Positions 56,105 through 64,000 of a DNA stretch of 64,000 nucleotides are shown in pieces. The DNA is taken from NCBI GenBank assembly GCA_963718235.1, contig CAVQYR010000002.1, forward strand, positions 672,001 through 736,000. The letters run 5' to 3'. Positions within the stretch are counted from its first letter, which is position 1, and each line of letters starts with the position of its first letter. The translations under genes were made by a program, and so were the position numbers. The notes under the pieces are model-generated. The model ran no database searches and was not told the origin of the DNA. It saw only the letters and a program-made list of their open reading frames with translations. Source of the stretch: an uncultured Actinomycetota bacterium (lineage in GTDB: Bacteria; Actinomycetota; Actinomycetes; JAHEKZ01).

Positions 56105-57642
56105 CCGACCACCCGCTCACGACCGGCCCAATGACCGGCCCAATGACCAGCCTGGTCCCTTTCGACGACGCCGTAGGTCGGTACGACCCGGTCCTCGGGC
56201 TCGAGGTCCACGTGGAGCTCGACACCGACTCCAAGATGTTCTGCGGCTGTCCCACGACGTTCGGGGCGGAGCCCAACACCCAGGTGTGCCCGGTCTGTCT
56301 CGGGCTCCCCGGGTCGCTGCCCGTGGTCAACCAGAAGGCGGTGGAGTCGGCCATCCGGATCGGGCTGGCCCTGAACTGCTCGATCGCCTCGTGGTGCCGG
56401 TTCGCGCGCAAGAACTACTTCTACCCGGACATGCCCAAAGACTTCCAGACCTCTCAGTACGACGAGCCGATCGCCTTCGGGGGATGGCTCGACGTGGAGG
56501 TCGAGGCCGACGGACCGCAGGTGTTCCGGATCGAGATCGAGCGGGCCCACATGGAGGAGGACACGGGCAAGAGCACCCACGTCGGCGGGTCGACCGGGCG
56601 CATCCACGGCGCCGAGTACTCACTGGTCGACTACAACCGGGCGGGCGTGCCGTTGATCGAGATCGTCACGAAGACGATCGAGGTGCCGGGACACCTCGCC
56701 CCCGCCGTTGCACGGGCCTACGCGTCGGAGCTGCGTGACCTGATCGTCGCGCTGGGGGTCAGCGACGCACACATGCACCAAGGGTCCATGCGTGTCGACG
56801 CCAACATCTCGTTGAAGCCGCGCGGGTCTGACCAGCTGGGCACCCGCACCGAGACCAAGAACGTCAACTCGCTGCGCTCGGTCGAGCGGGCGATCACGTA
56901 CGAGATACAGCGGCAGGCCGCCGTCCTGGACGCAGGTGGGCGGGTCGTGCAGGAGACCCGCCACTTCATGGAGGCTGACGGGTCGACCACCTCCGGACGC
57001 ACCAAGGAGGAGGCCGAGGACTACCGCTACTTCCCCGAGCCGGACCTGGCGCCCGTGGCGCCGGATGACGACTGGGTCGAACAGCTGCGGGCCACCCTGC
57101 CCGAGCCCCCGCTGCAGCGGCGGCGGCGGTTGCAGGCGCAGTGGGGTGTCGGTGACCACGAGATGGTCTCGATCGTCAACGCGGGTGCCGTGGAGCTCAT
57201 CGAGGCCACCATCGAGGCGGGCGCCGACCAGGCGGCGGCCCGCAAGTGGTGGCTCGGGGAGATCGCCCGTCATGCCAACGCCCGCGGCGTCGACCTGGCG
57301 GAGGTCGCGGTCACCCCCGTCGAGGTGGCCCGGGTCTGTTCGCTGGTGGCCGAGGGCACCTTGAACGACAAGCTCGCCCGGCAGGTGCTCGAGGCCGTGC
57401 TCGCGGGCGAGGGCTCGCCGGATGCCGTCGTGGCCGCTCGCGACCTGCGGGTCGTCTCCGACGACGCGGCGCTGGTCGCCGCTGTCGACGAGGCCCTGGC
57501 GGCCCACCCGGACATCGTCGAGAAGATCCGAGGCGGCAAGACCCAGGCCGCAGGGGCGATCGTCGGCGCGGTGATGAAGGCGACCCGCGGTCAGGCCGAC
57601 GCGGCCAGGGTGCGCGAGCTGGTGCTCGAGCGGGCCGGCTGA
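56101..57642 (+). CDS. gatB: Asp/Glu-tRNA amidotransferase subunit B
   Basis: [27 protein letters not shown] and YRYFPEPDL. Confidence 0.97.
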   Translation: MTDHPLTTGPMTGPMTSLVPFDDAVGRYDPVLGLEVHVELDTDSKMFCGCPTTFGAEPNTQVCPVCLGLPGSLPVVNQKAVESAIRIGLALNCSIASWCRFARKNYFYPDMPKDFQTSQYDEPIAFGGWLDVEVEADGPQVFRIEIERAHMEEDTGKSTHVGGSTGRIHGAEYSLVDYNRAGVPLIEIVTKTIEVPGHLAPAVARAYASELRDLIVALGVSDAHMHQGSMRVDANISLKPRGSDQLGTRTETKNVNSLRSVERAITYEIQRQAAVLDAGGRVVQETRHFMEADGSTTSGRTKEEAEDYRYFPEPDLAPVAPDDDWVEQLRATLPEPPLQRRRRLQAQWGVGDHEMVSIVNAGAVELIEATIEAGADQAAARKWWLGEIARHANARGVDLAEVAVTPVEVARVCSLVAEGTLNDKLARQVLEAVLAGEGSPDAVVAARDLRVVSDDAALVAAVDEALAAHPDIVEKIRGGKTQAAGAIVGAVMKATRGQADAARVRELVLERAG

Positions 57643-57701
57643 CGGTCATCCTCGGCCGACTGGAGGTCCCACGGGGAGGTCCGGGGAACACCTGAGCAGC
57701 C

Positions 57702-57772
57702 CGACGGGGACGGTCTCGCGGGCCCAGCCCCTTGCGGGGCGGTCCCGGGACGAGCGCCGTCCCCGCCGTTCG
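57702..57772 (+). terminator. Long GC hairpin after gatB, probable terminator
   Basis: CGGGGACGGT (57705-57714) pairs with GCCGTCCCCG (57756-57765); apical GCCCC-TTGC-GGGGC; followed by TTCGT. Confidence 0.5.
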
Positions 57773-57890
57773 TCCGCCCTACCGGACGTCTGGCGATCCC
57801 GTGCGCGTCGGGATCAGGTCTGCCAGAAGTCATGCTGGTCGCTCCTACCGGGGGATCCAAGGGCCGAAAGTCACCGCTACCGTGGCCGTC

Positions 57891-58811
57891 GTGGCTGCCG
57901 GTGACCGTCTGGTCTGCGTCCCCTTCGACGACTGGGCCGACCACGTCGACCCCCCAGAAGGCCTCGAGCTCGTCGTCTGGCGGCCGGGGCGGCCATGGCC
58001 CGACCGCGTGGCCGAGGTCACGTTCTACGTCCCCGAGTACATGGGCCCGACCGAGGCGTTGACCGCCCTGCGCGAGCTGCCGGGGCTGCAGGTGGTCCAG
58101 ACCCTCACGGCCGGGTACGACGACGTGCTGGCCCACTGCCCGGCGGGCGTCGTGGTCTGCAACGCGGCCGGTGTGCACGACGCCAGCACTGCCGAGCTCG
58201 TGGTGGGCCTGATCCTCGCGTCGTTGCGCGGTTTCGCCGGCTTCGCCGAGGGACAGCGTCTGGGGGAGTGGCGGCACGTGACGCGTCCGGCACTTGCCGA
58301 CCGACGAGTGGTGATCGTGGGTGCCGGGTCGGTGGGCCGGGCCGTGGCCGGTCGGCTGGCCGCCTTCGAGGTGGAGCTGACCCTGGTCGGCCGCCGGGCC
58401 CGGGCCGGGGTCGTCGGGGTCGACCGGCTCCCGGAGCTGCTGTCTGTGGCCGACGTCGTGGTGCTGACCGTTCCCCTCACCGACGAGACCCACCGGATGT
58501 TCGACGCTGCCGCCCTGGCCCGGCTGCCCGACGGCGCGCTGCTGGTCAACGCGTCCCGTGGTCCGGTCGTGGACACCGACGCACTGCTGGTCGAGCTGAA
58601 CCGCGGTCGGCTGGCGGCTGCCCTCGACGTCACCGACCCGGAGCCCTTGCCACTGGGGCATCCCCTGTGGTCGGCTCCCGGGGTGGTGATCACGCCCCAT
58701 GTCGGTGGGGACACCTCGGCCTTCCTGCCCCGCGCATGGGCCCTCCTGCGGGACCAGCTGACCCGCTACGCGGCAGGGACGCCTTTGCGCAACGTCGTGT
58801 CGGGAGGATGA
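57891..58811 (+). CDS. D-isomer-specific 2-hydroxyacid dehydrogenase
   Basis: GAGSVG, VNASRG, ALDVTDPEP and TPHVGG; GTG 57891 is 7 nt after TACCGT. Confidence 0.9.
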   Translation: MAAGDRLVCVPFDDWADHVDPPEGLELVVWRPGRPWPDRVAEVTFYVPEYMGPTEALTALRELPGLQVVQTLTAGYDDVLAHCPAGVVVCNAAGVHDASTAELVVGLILASLRGFAGFAEGQRLGEWRHVTRPALADRRVVIVGAGSVGRAVAGRLAAFEVELTLVGRRARAGVVGVDRLPELLSVADVVVLTVPLTDETHRMFDAAALARLPDGALLVNASRGPVVDTDALLVELNRGRLAAALDVTDPEPLPLGHPLWSAPGVVITPHVGGDTSAFLPRAWALLRDQLTRYAAGTPLRNVVSGG

Positions 58812-59890
58812 CGATGGACCACGACCGCTTCTCGACCGTGCTCGCGATCGGGACCACCAAGGGCCTGTTCCTGGCCCACCAGGAGGGCGACCGGTGGCGC
58901 CTGGACGAACCACGGTTCCCGATGACCCGGGTGGCCGCCATCTCGTTCGACGTGCGACGCGACCCGACGCGTCTGCTCGTCGGGGGCATGCACGAGCACT
59001 GGGGTCCGGTCGTGGCCCGGTCCGACGACCTCGGGGCGACCTGGACCGAGGAGGAGCAGGCGGCGCTGCGCTTCCCGAGCGGGGCCGGCGCGGCAGTCGC
59101 CCAGATCTGGCAGCTGGCTCCTGGCCCTGCGGACCGCCCGGAGGAGGTGTGGGCCGGGGTGGAGCCGGCGGCGCTCTTCCGGTCCGACGACGGAGGCATC
59201 ACCTTCACGCTGGTCGAGGGACTGTGGCAGCACCCGCACCGCGAGTCCTGGCACCCGGGGTTCGGGGGGCTGTGCCTGCACACCGTGCTGCCGCACCCGG
59301 AGGATGCCGACGACATCCTCGTCGGCATCTCGACCGGCGGGGTCTACCGCACCAGGGACGGCGGCACGACCTGGGCGCCGTCCAACCAGGGCATCGAGGC
59401 CCGGTTCTTCCCCGACCCGTACCCGGAGTTCGGGCAGTGCGTGCACAAGCTGGTCCGGCTCCCCGACGACCCGTCGACCCTGGTGCTGCAGAACCACGGC
59501 GGCGTCTTCGGCAGCAGCGACGCGGGCGCGACCTGGGAGCCCCGGGCGGTCGGCCTCCCCGCCGACTTCGGGTTCGGCCTGGCCGCGTCGTCCACGGCCA
59601 CGTACCTGTTCCCCCTGGTCGCCGACGGCATGCGACTGCCCCCCGACGGGCAGGCCCGGGTCTTCGCGAGCACCGACGCCGGTCGCACCTGGCACTCACG
59701 GTCGTCGGGGCTGCCCGAGCGGGACTTCTACTCCCTGGTCCTTCGCGACGCACTGGCGACCGACGGCCGCGACGGCGTGTTCTTCGGCACCCGCTCCGGA
59801 GAGGTGTGGGCCAGTCTGGACGGTGGCCAGCAGTGGGACCAGGTCGCGGCCCACCTGCCCGACGTGCTGTGCGTCCGCGCGACACGATGA
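58808..59890 (+). CDS. Cytoplasmic Asp-box (BNR) beta-propeller protein
   Basis: Six S/T-x-D-x-G-x-x-W/F boxes; no signal peptide; RBS GGGAGG. Confidence 0.88.
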   Translation: MTMDHDRFSTVLAIGTTKGLFLAHQEGDRWRLDEPRFPMTRVAAISFDVRRDPTRLLVGGMHEHWGPVVARSDDLGATWTEEEQAALRFPSGAGAAVAQIWQLAPGPADRPEEVWAGVEPAALFRSDDGGITFTLVEGLWQHPHRESWHPGFGGLCLHTVLPHPEDADDILVGISTGGVYRTRDGGTTWAPSNQGIEARFFPDPYPEFGQCVHKLVRLPDDPSTLVLQNHGGVFGSSDAGATWEPRAVGLPADFGFGLAASSTATYLFPLVADGMRLPPDGQARVFASTDAGRTWHSRSSGLPERDFYSLVLRDALATDGRDGVFFGTRSGEVWASLDGGQQWDQVAAHLPDVLCVRATR

Positions 59891-60216
59891 GTGACGAGGC
59901 TCGCTCGCCGGCGGGTGAGGCGACCCCGGCGCACCCGGTGGTCACTCTCGAGCTTCCGAGCCTGCTGGCGGCGCTGGCCGGCTCGTCGCGCGTGCAGGTC
60001 GCGATCGCGTCATCGGCCACGGTTGGTGACGTGCTCGACAGGCTGGCCCTGGAGCTCCCATGGGTCGAGCGTCGGTTGCGCGACGAGAGCGGCAGCCTGC
60101 GCGCCTACGTCAACGTCTATGTCGATGGTGCGGATGCACGCACCGAAGGAGGACTGGAGGCGCCAGTGGCGCCGGGCAGCCGACTGCTCGTCGTGCCGTC
60201 CGTGGCCGGAGGTTGA
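59887..60216 (+). CDS. MoaD/ThiS-family ubiquitin-like protein
   Basis: TVGDVLD, YVNVYVDG and C-terminal PSVAGG. Confidence 0.9.
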   Translation: MSDEARSPAGEATPAHPVVTLELPSLLAALAGSSRVQVAIASSATVGDVLDRLALELPWVERRLRDESGSLRAYVNVYVDGADARTEGGLEAPVAPGSRLLVVPSVAGG

Positions 60217-60282
60217 GGGCATGATGGCCACCACAGCCGGTGCCGGCCAGTGCTCTCTGTGGCTGGCCAGGGAGGCCTCGAC

Positions 60283-61482
60283 GTGACGACGAACGCCCGC
60301 GGACGCACTGTGTACCTTCACATCGGGGCCCCGAAGTCTGGGTCGACGTTCATCCAGGGTGTGCTCTGGGCCAACCGGGAGGCGCTGCAGTCCGTCGGGG
60401 TCGGGCTTCCAGGTGTGGGCGCCTTCGAGCACTACCGCGCGAGCAAGGACCTGCGGGGAGTTCCGTTCCACGAGGACGAGCCAGGGGGAGAAGGTACGGG
60501 CACCTGGGACACCCTGGCACGGAAGGTGGCTCAGCGGGGAGAGCAGGTGGTCGTGCTCTCGGACGAGCAGCTGGCCGCCGTGACGAGCGGTGACGTCGAG
60601 CGCGTGGTCTCCTCCTTGGCCCCACGCGACGTGCACGTGGTCTACGTCGTTCGTGAACTGAGCACCCTGCTCCCCTCGGCGTGGCAGGAGGTCGTCAAGC
60701 ACCGTGGTCGCCGGCCCTACGAACAGTGGGCCAAGGGCGTGCTGAGGCGACCGGACCACCCGTTCTGGCGCCTGCACTACGTGCCGGAGGTGCTCGAGCG
60801 GTGGGGCAGCGTGGTCCCCTCGACGCAGATCCACGTCGTCACGATGCCTCCGCCGACGTCCGGTCCAGACGAGCTGTGGCGCCGCTTCGCCTCGGTCCTC
60901 GGTGTCGATCCCTCGGTGGCCACCGAGCGGGAGGTGGCGGGCAATCCCTCGCTCGGGCCGGCCGAGACCGAGGTGCTGCGCCAGCTGAACGAGCAGCTGC
61001 CGCCGGCGTTCGACCGTTGGCACTACACGACGCTGGCTCGCGACCTGGTCGTCTCGCAGATCTTCGCCGGGTCTGGGTCAGGAGCAGCTGCCGCCCCCGC
61101 AGTGTCGACCCGGCTGGCCGCTCTGGTCGTGGAGAAGGCTCGAGACATCGCGGCCGGGATCGACCAGTCCGGGTGCGAGGTCGTGGGAGCGCTCAGTGAC
61201 CTCGAGCCGGCCACGGTCCCCGGGTCCACCTCCAGGCCGGCAGATGCCGAGCTGCTCGCCGTCGCCGTTCGGGGTATGGCCGGCCTGCTCACCGAGCTGG
61301 CACGTCGGCAGGACGAGTCGCGGCGCTCGAAGTCGACCCGGCTGCTCGAAGCTGCGGTGCGGCAGAAGTCCTTCGGTCGGCTCGTCGCGGCAGCAGAAGG
61401 CCGTTCGGCACGGTTGGACGACATGCTCGCCGATCGGGCGGGCCGGACCCGCGCGAGGTTGCGTAAGCCGCCTCAGCCCTAG
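60283..61482 (+). CDS. Sulfotransferase-like P-loop protein
   Basis: YLHIGAPKSGSTFIQ, SDE, YVVR and SAWQE. Confidence 0.7.
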   Translation: MTTNARGRTVYLHIGAPKSGSTFIQGVLWANREALQSVGVGLPGVGAFEHYRASKDLRGVPFHEDEPGGEGTGTWDTLARKVAQRGEQVVVLSDEQLAAVTSGDVERVVSSLAPRDVHVVYVVRELSTLLPSAWQEVVKHRGRRPYEQWAKGVLRRPDHPFWRLHYVPEVLERWGSVVPSTQIHVVTMPPPTSGPDELWRRFASVLGVDPSVATEREVAGNPSLGPAETEVLRQLNEQLPPAFDRWHYTTLARDLVVSQIFAGSGSGAAAAPAVSTRLAALVVEKARDIAAGIDQSGCEVVGALSDLEPATVPGSTSRPADAELLAVAVRGMAGLLTELARRQDESRRSKSTRLLEAAVRQKSFGRLVAAAEGRSARLDDMLADRAGRTRARLRKPPQP

Positions 61483-61504
61483 GGACGGCATCTAGGCTCG
61501 GCCC

Positions 61505-62212
61505 GTGTCGTCCCCACCCTCCCCACAGGCGGGCTTCATCCGGACCTTCCACCCACGGCGCGGGCGGGTCACGCCCCACCAGGCCTGGGGCCTGCGCGAG
61601 CACGCCTCGCCGTGGCTGCTCGCCGCCGAGGGACCGACCCTCGACCTCGCCGCGCTGTTCGGCGTCGGTGTCCCCGTCGTGCTCGAGATCGGCTTCGGCA
61701 TGGGCGAGGCGACCCTCGCGATGACGGCTGAGCAGCCGGACCAGGGAGTGCTGGCCATCGACGTCCACACGCCGGGTGTCGGCCAGCTGCTGGCCGGGAT
61801 CGGCGAGTCGCGCCTCACCAACCTGCGCGTGATGCAGGCAGACGCGGTCGAGGTCGTGCGCGAGCGCCTGGCCCCCGGCAGCCTGTCCGGCGTCCGGATC
61901 TTCTTCCCCGACCCGTGGCCCAAGTCCAGGCACCACAAACGGCGCCTCGTCCAGCCGCCGTTCGTCTCGCTGCTGTGCTCTCGCCTCGCACCGGGCGCGT
62001 TCGTCCACTGCGCCACCGACTGGCCGCCGTACGCCGAGCAGATGCTCGAGGTGATGACGGCCGAGCCGCGGCTGCGCGCGGTGGTCGTCGACGCAGGATC
62101 CGACCCGGGACACCGGCCGTTGGGGCGCCCGGAGACCCGGTTCGAGCGACGGGGCCTGGCCCGCGGCCACCTGGTCTCCGACCTGGTCTTCACCCGTACG
62201 CTGGACGCATGA
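61505..62212 (+). CDS. trmB: tRNA (guanine-N7)-methyltransferase
   Basis: [26 protein letters not shown] and TRFE. Confidence 0.95.
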   Translation: MSSPPSPQAGFIRTFHPRRGRVTPHQAWGLREHASPWLLAAEGPTLDLAALFGVGVPVVLEIGFGMGEATLAMTAEQPDQGVLAIDVHTPGVGQLLAGIGESRLTNLRVMQADAVEVVRERLAPGSLSGVRIFFPDPWPKSRHHKRRLVQPPFVSLLCSRLAPGAFVHCATDWPPYAEQMLEVMTAEPRLRAVVVDAGSDPGHRPLGRPETRFERRGLARGHLVSDLVFTRTLDA

Positions 62213-63891
62213 GCGACGCCCCCGACATCAAGCCCCGCAGCCGCGACGTCACCGACGGCATGGAGCGTGCGCCGAACCGGGCAATGCTGCGTGCGGTCGG
62301 CATGACCGATGACGACTGGGGCAAGCCGCAGATCGGGATCGCGAGCAGCTGGAACGAGATCACGCCCTGCAACCTGTCCCTGAAGCGGTTGGCGATCAAG
62401 GCGAAGGAGGGTGTCTTCGAGGCCGGTGGGTTCCCCATGGAGTTCGGCACCATCTCGGTGTCCGACGGGATCTCGATGGGCCATGAGGGCATGCGCGCGT
62501 CGCTGGTGAGTCGTGAGGTGATCGCCGACTCCGTCGAGACGGTGATGCATGCCGAGCGGCTCGACGGGATGGTGACGTTCGCCGGGTGTGACAAGTCGCT
62601 GCCCGGCATGCTCATGGCCGCAGCCCGCCTCGACGTCGCCAGCGTGTTCGTCTACGCCGGCTCGATCCTGCCCGGTCGGGTCGGTGACAAGGACGTCACG
62701 ATCCAGGACGCGTTCGAGGGTGTGGGGGCCTGCGCGGCGGGTCGGATCACGCGTGGTCAGCTCGACGAGATCGAGCGCAACGCCTGCCCCGGAGAGGGAG
62801 CCTGCGGCGGGATGTTCACCGCCAACACCATGGCGAGCATCGGAGAGGCCCTGGGCATGTCCCTCCCCGGCTCGGCCGCACCGCCGGCCGTCGACAAGCG
62901 ACGCGACGAGCACGCCTTCCGGTCCGGACAGGCGGTCGTCGGGCTGCTGCGCCGCGGCATCACCACCCGCGACATCCTCACCCGGGAGGCGTTCGAGAAC
63001 GCCATCGCCGTGACCATGGCCCTGGGTGGGTCGACCAACGCCGTCCTCCACCTCTTGGCCATCGCGCACGAGGCGCGGGTGGGCCTGACCATCGACGACT
63101 TCAACCGGGTCGGCGCGCGCACCCCGCACCTGGCCGACGTGAAGCCGTTCGGTCGCTACGTGATGAACGACATCGACCGGGTCGGTGGTCTGCCGATGGT
63201 GATGAGCGAGCTGCTCGGGGCCGGGCTGCTGCACGGTGACGTGCTCACCGTCACCGGCCAGACGATGGCCGAGAACCTGAGCGCTCTTGGACCGCCACGC
63301 CCCGACGGGGTCGTGGTGCGACCGGTCGCCGACCCGATGCACGCCACCGGCGGACTCGCCGTCCTCAAGGGTTCGCTGGCGCCGGAGGGCGCGGTGATCA
63401 AGTCGGCCAGCATCGACCAGCCCGTGTTCGAGGGCACGGCGCGGGTCTTCGACGACGAGGTCGACGCCATGGCCGCCGTCACGTCGGGTGTCGTCAGGGC
63501 GGGCGACGTCGTGATCATCCGTTACGAAGGGCCGATGGGCGGGCCGGGCATGCGCGAGATGCTCGCCGTCACTGCGGCGATCAAGGGGGCAGGGCTCGGC
63601 CGCGACGTCATGCTCGTCACCGACGGCCGGTTCTCCGGGGCGACGGCCGGCTTCTGCATCGGCCACGTGGCACCCGAGGCGCCGCACGGCGGCCCGATCG
63701 CGTTCGTCGCCGACGGCGACCCGGTCCGGCTGGACATGGACCGGCTGACCCTCGACCTGCTCGTCGACGACGCCGAGCTGGCCCGTCGGCGCGACGGCTG
63801 GAAGCCCCGCGAGCCGCGCTACACCACCGGCGTGCTCGGCAAGTACGCCAAGCTCGTCGGCTCGGCCGCCCAGGGCGCCGTCCTCGACTGA
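62209..63891 (+). CDS. ilvD: Dihydroxy-acid dehydratase
   Basis: [36 protein letters not shown] and TDGRFSG. Confidence 0.97.
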   Translation: MSDAPDIKPRSRDVTDGMERAPNRAMLRAVGMTDDDWGKPQIGIASSWNEITPCNLSLKRLAIKAKEGVFEAGGFPMEFGTISVSDGISMGHEGMRASLVSREVIADSVETVMHAERLDGMVTFAGCDKSLPGMLMAAARLDVASVFVYAGSILPGRVGDKDVTIQDAFEGVGACAAGRITRGQLDEIERNACPGEGACGGMFTANTMASIGEALGMSLPGSAAPPAVDKRRDEHAFRSGQAVVGLLRRGITTRDILTREAFENAIAVTMALGGSTNAVLHLLAIAHEARVGLTIDDFNRVGARTPHLADVKPFGRYVMNDIDRVGGLPMVMSELLGAGLLHGDVLTVTGQTMAENLSALGPPRPDGVVVRPVADPMHATGGLAVLKGSLAPEGAVIKSASIDQPVFEGTARVFDDEVDAMAAVTSGVVRAGDVVIIRYEGPMGGPGMREMLAVTAAIKGAGLGRDVMLVTDGRFSGATAGFCIGHVAPEAPHGGPIAFVADGDPVRLDMDRLTLDLLVDDAELARRRDGWKPREPRYTTGVLGKYAKLVGSAAQGAVLD

Positions 63892-63898
63892 CCCCCCA

Positions 63899-63974
63899 CC
63901 CTCAAGTTGATCATGGACATGATCTGCAGTTTCGACCGTCTGGGCCGACCGGATCTCCATGATCAACTTGGGGG
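63899..63974. repeat. Long palindromic element downstream of ilvD
   Basis: CAAGTTGATCATGGA (63903-63917) and TCCATGATCAACTTG (63956-63970): perfect 15-bp arms, 38-bp spacer. Confidence 0.8.
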
Positions 63975-64000
63975 GGCGATCGGTGGGGGAGCGACCACAC

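Noticed and set aside
57995-60216. Apparent long N-terminal extensions of the propeller (631 aa) and the Ubl (440 aa)
   Set aside because: The upstream parts are off-frame overlaps with the preceding genes; ATGA-coupled starts at 58808 and 59887 fit better.

Overview
This is high-GC actinobacterial chromosome, mostly core genome. The gene order resembles the conserved wecA-atp-pduO-murA-nucS-mce-thiolase and etfBA-iscS-mnmA-ligA-gatCAB-ilvD backbones of Streptomyces and mycobacteria. It carries the full F1Fo ATP synthase operon and a dense set of B12/acyl-CoA genes: ecm/meaA, ccr, mce, meaB, an icmA-type mutase, a PduO adenosyltransferase, two 3-hydroxyacyl-CoA dehydrogenases, a thiolase and ETF. 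Accessory blocks include a secreted protein plus two-component system, a tandem-GGDEF protein, a DUF222-HNH gene with a perfect LexA box on its start codon, a secreted propeller/FN3 protein, an Rrf2 plus sulfonate-type ABC transporter, an MBOAT-SGNH O-acylation pair and a paralogous pair of membrane c-di-GMP enzymes. The best candidate for an undescribed system is a translationally coupled cytoplasmic Asp-box beta-propeller plus MoaD/ThiS ubiquitin-like (-GG) gene pair. Two single-base frameshifts (gatC, ssuA) look like sequencing or assembly indels. No rRNA, tRNA, CRISPR array, transposase or prophage was recognised. All calls come from motif recognition by eye; no database searches were run.
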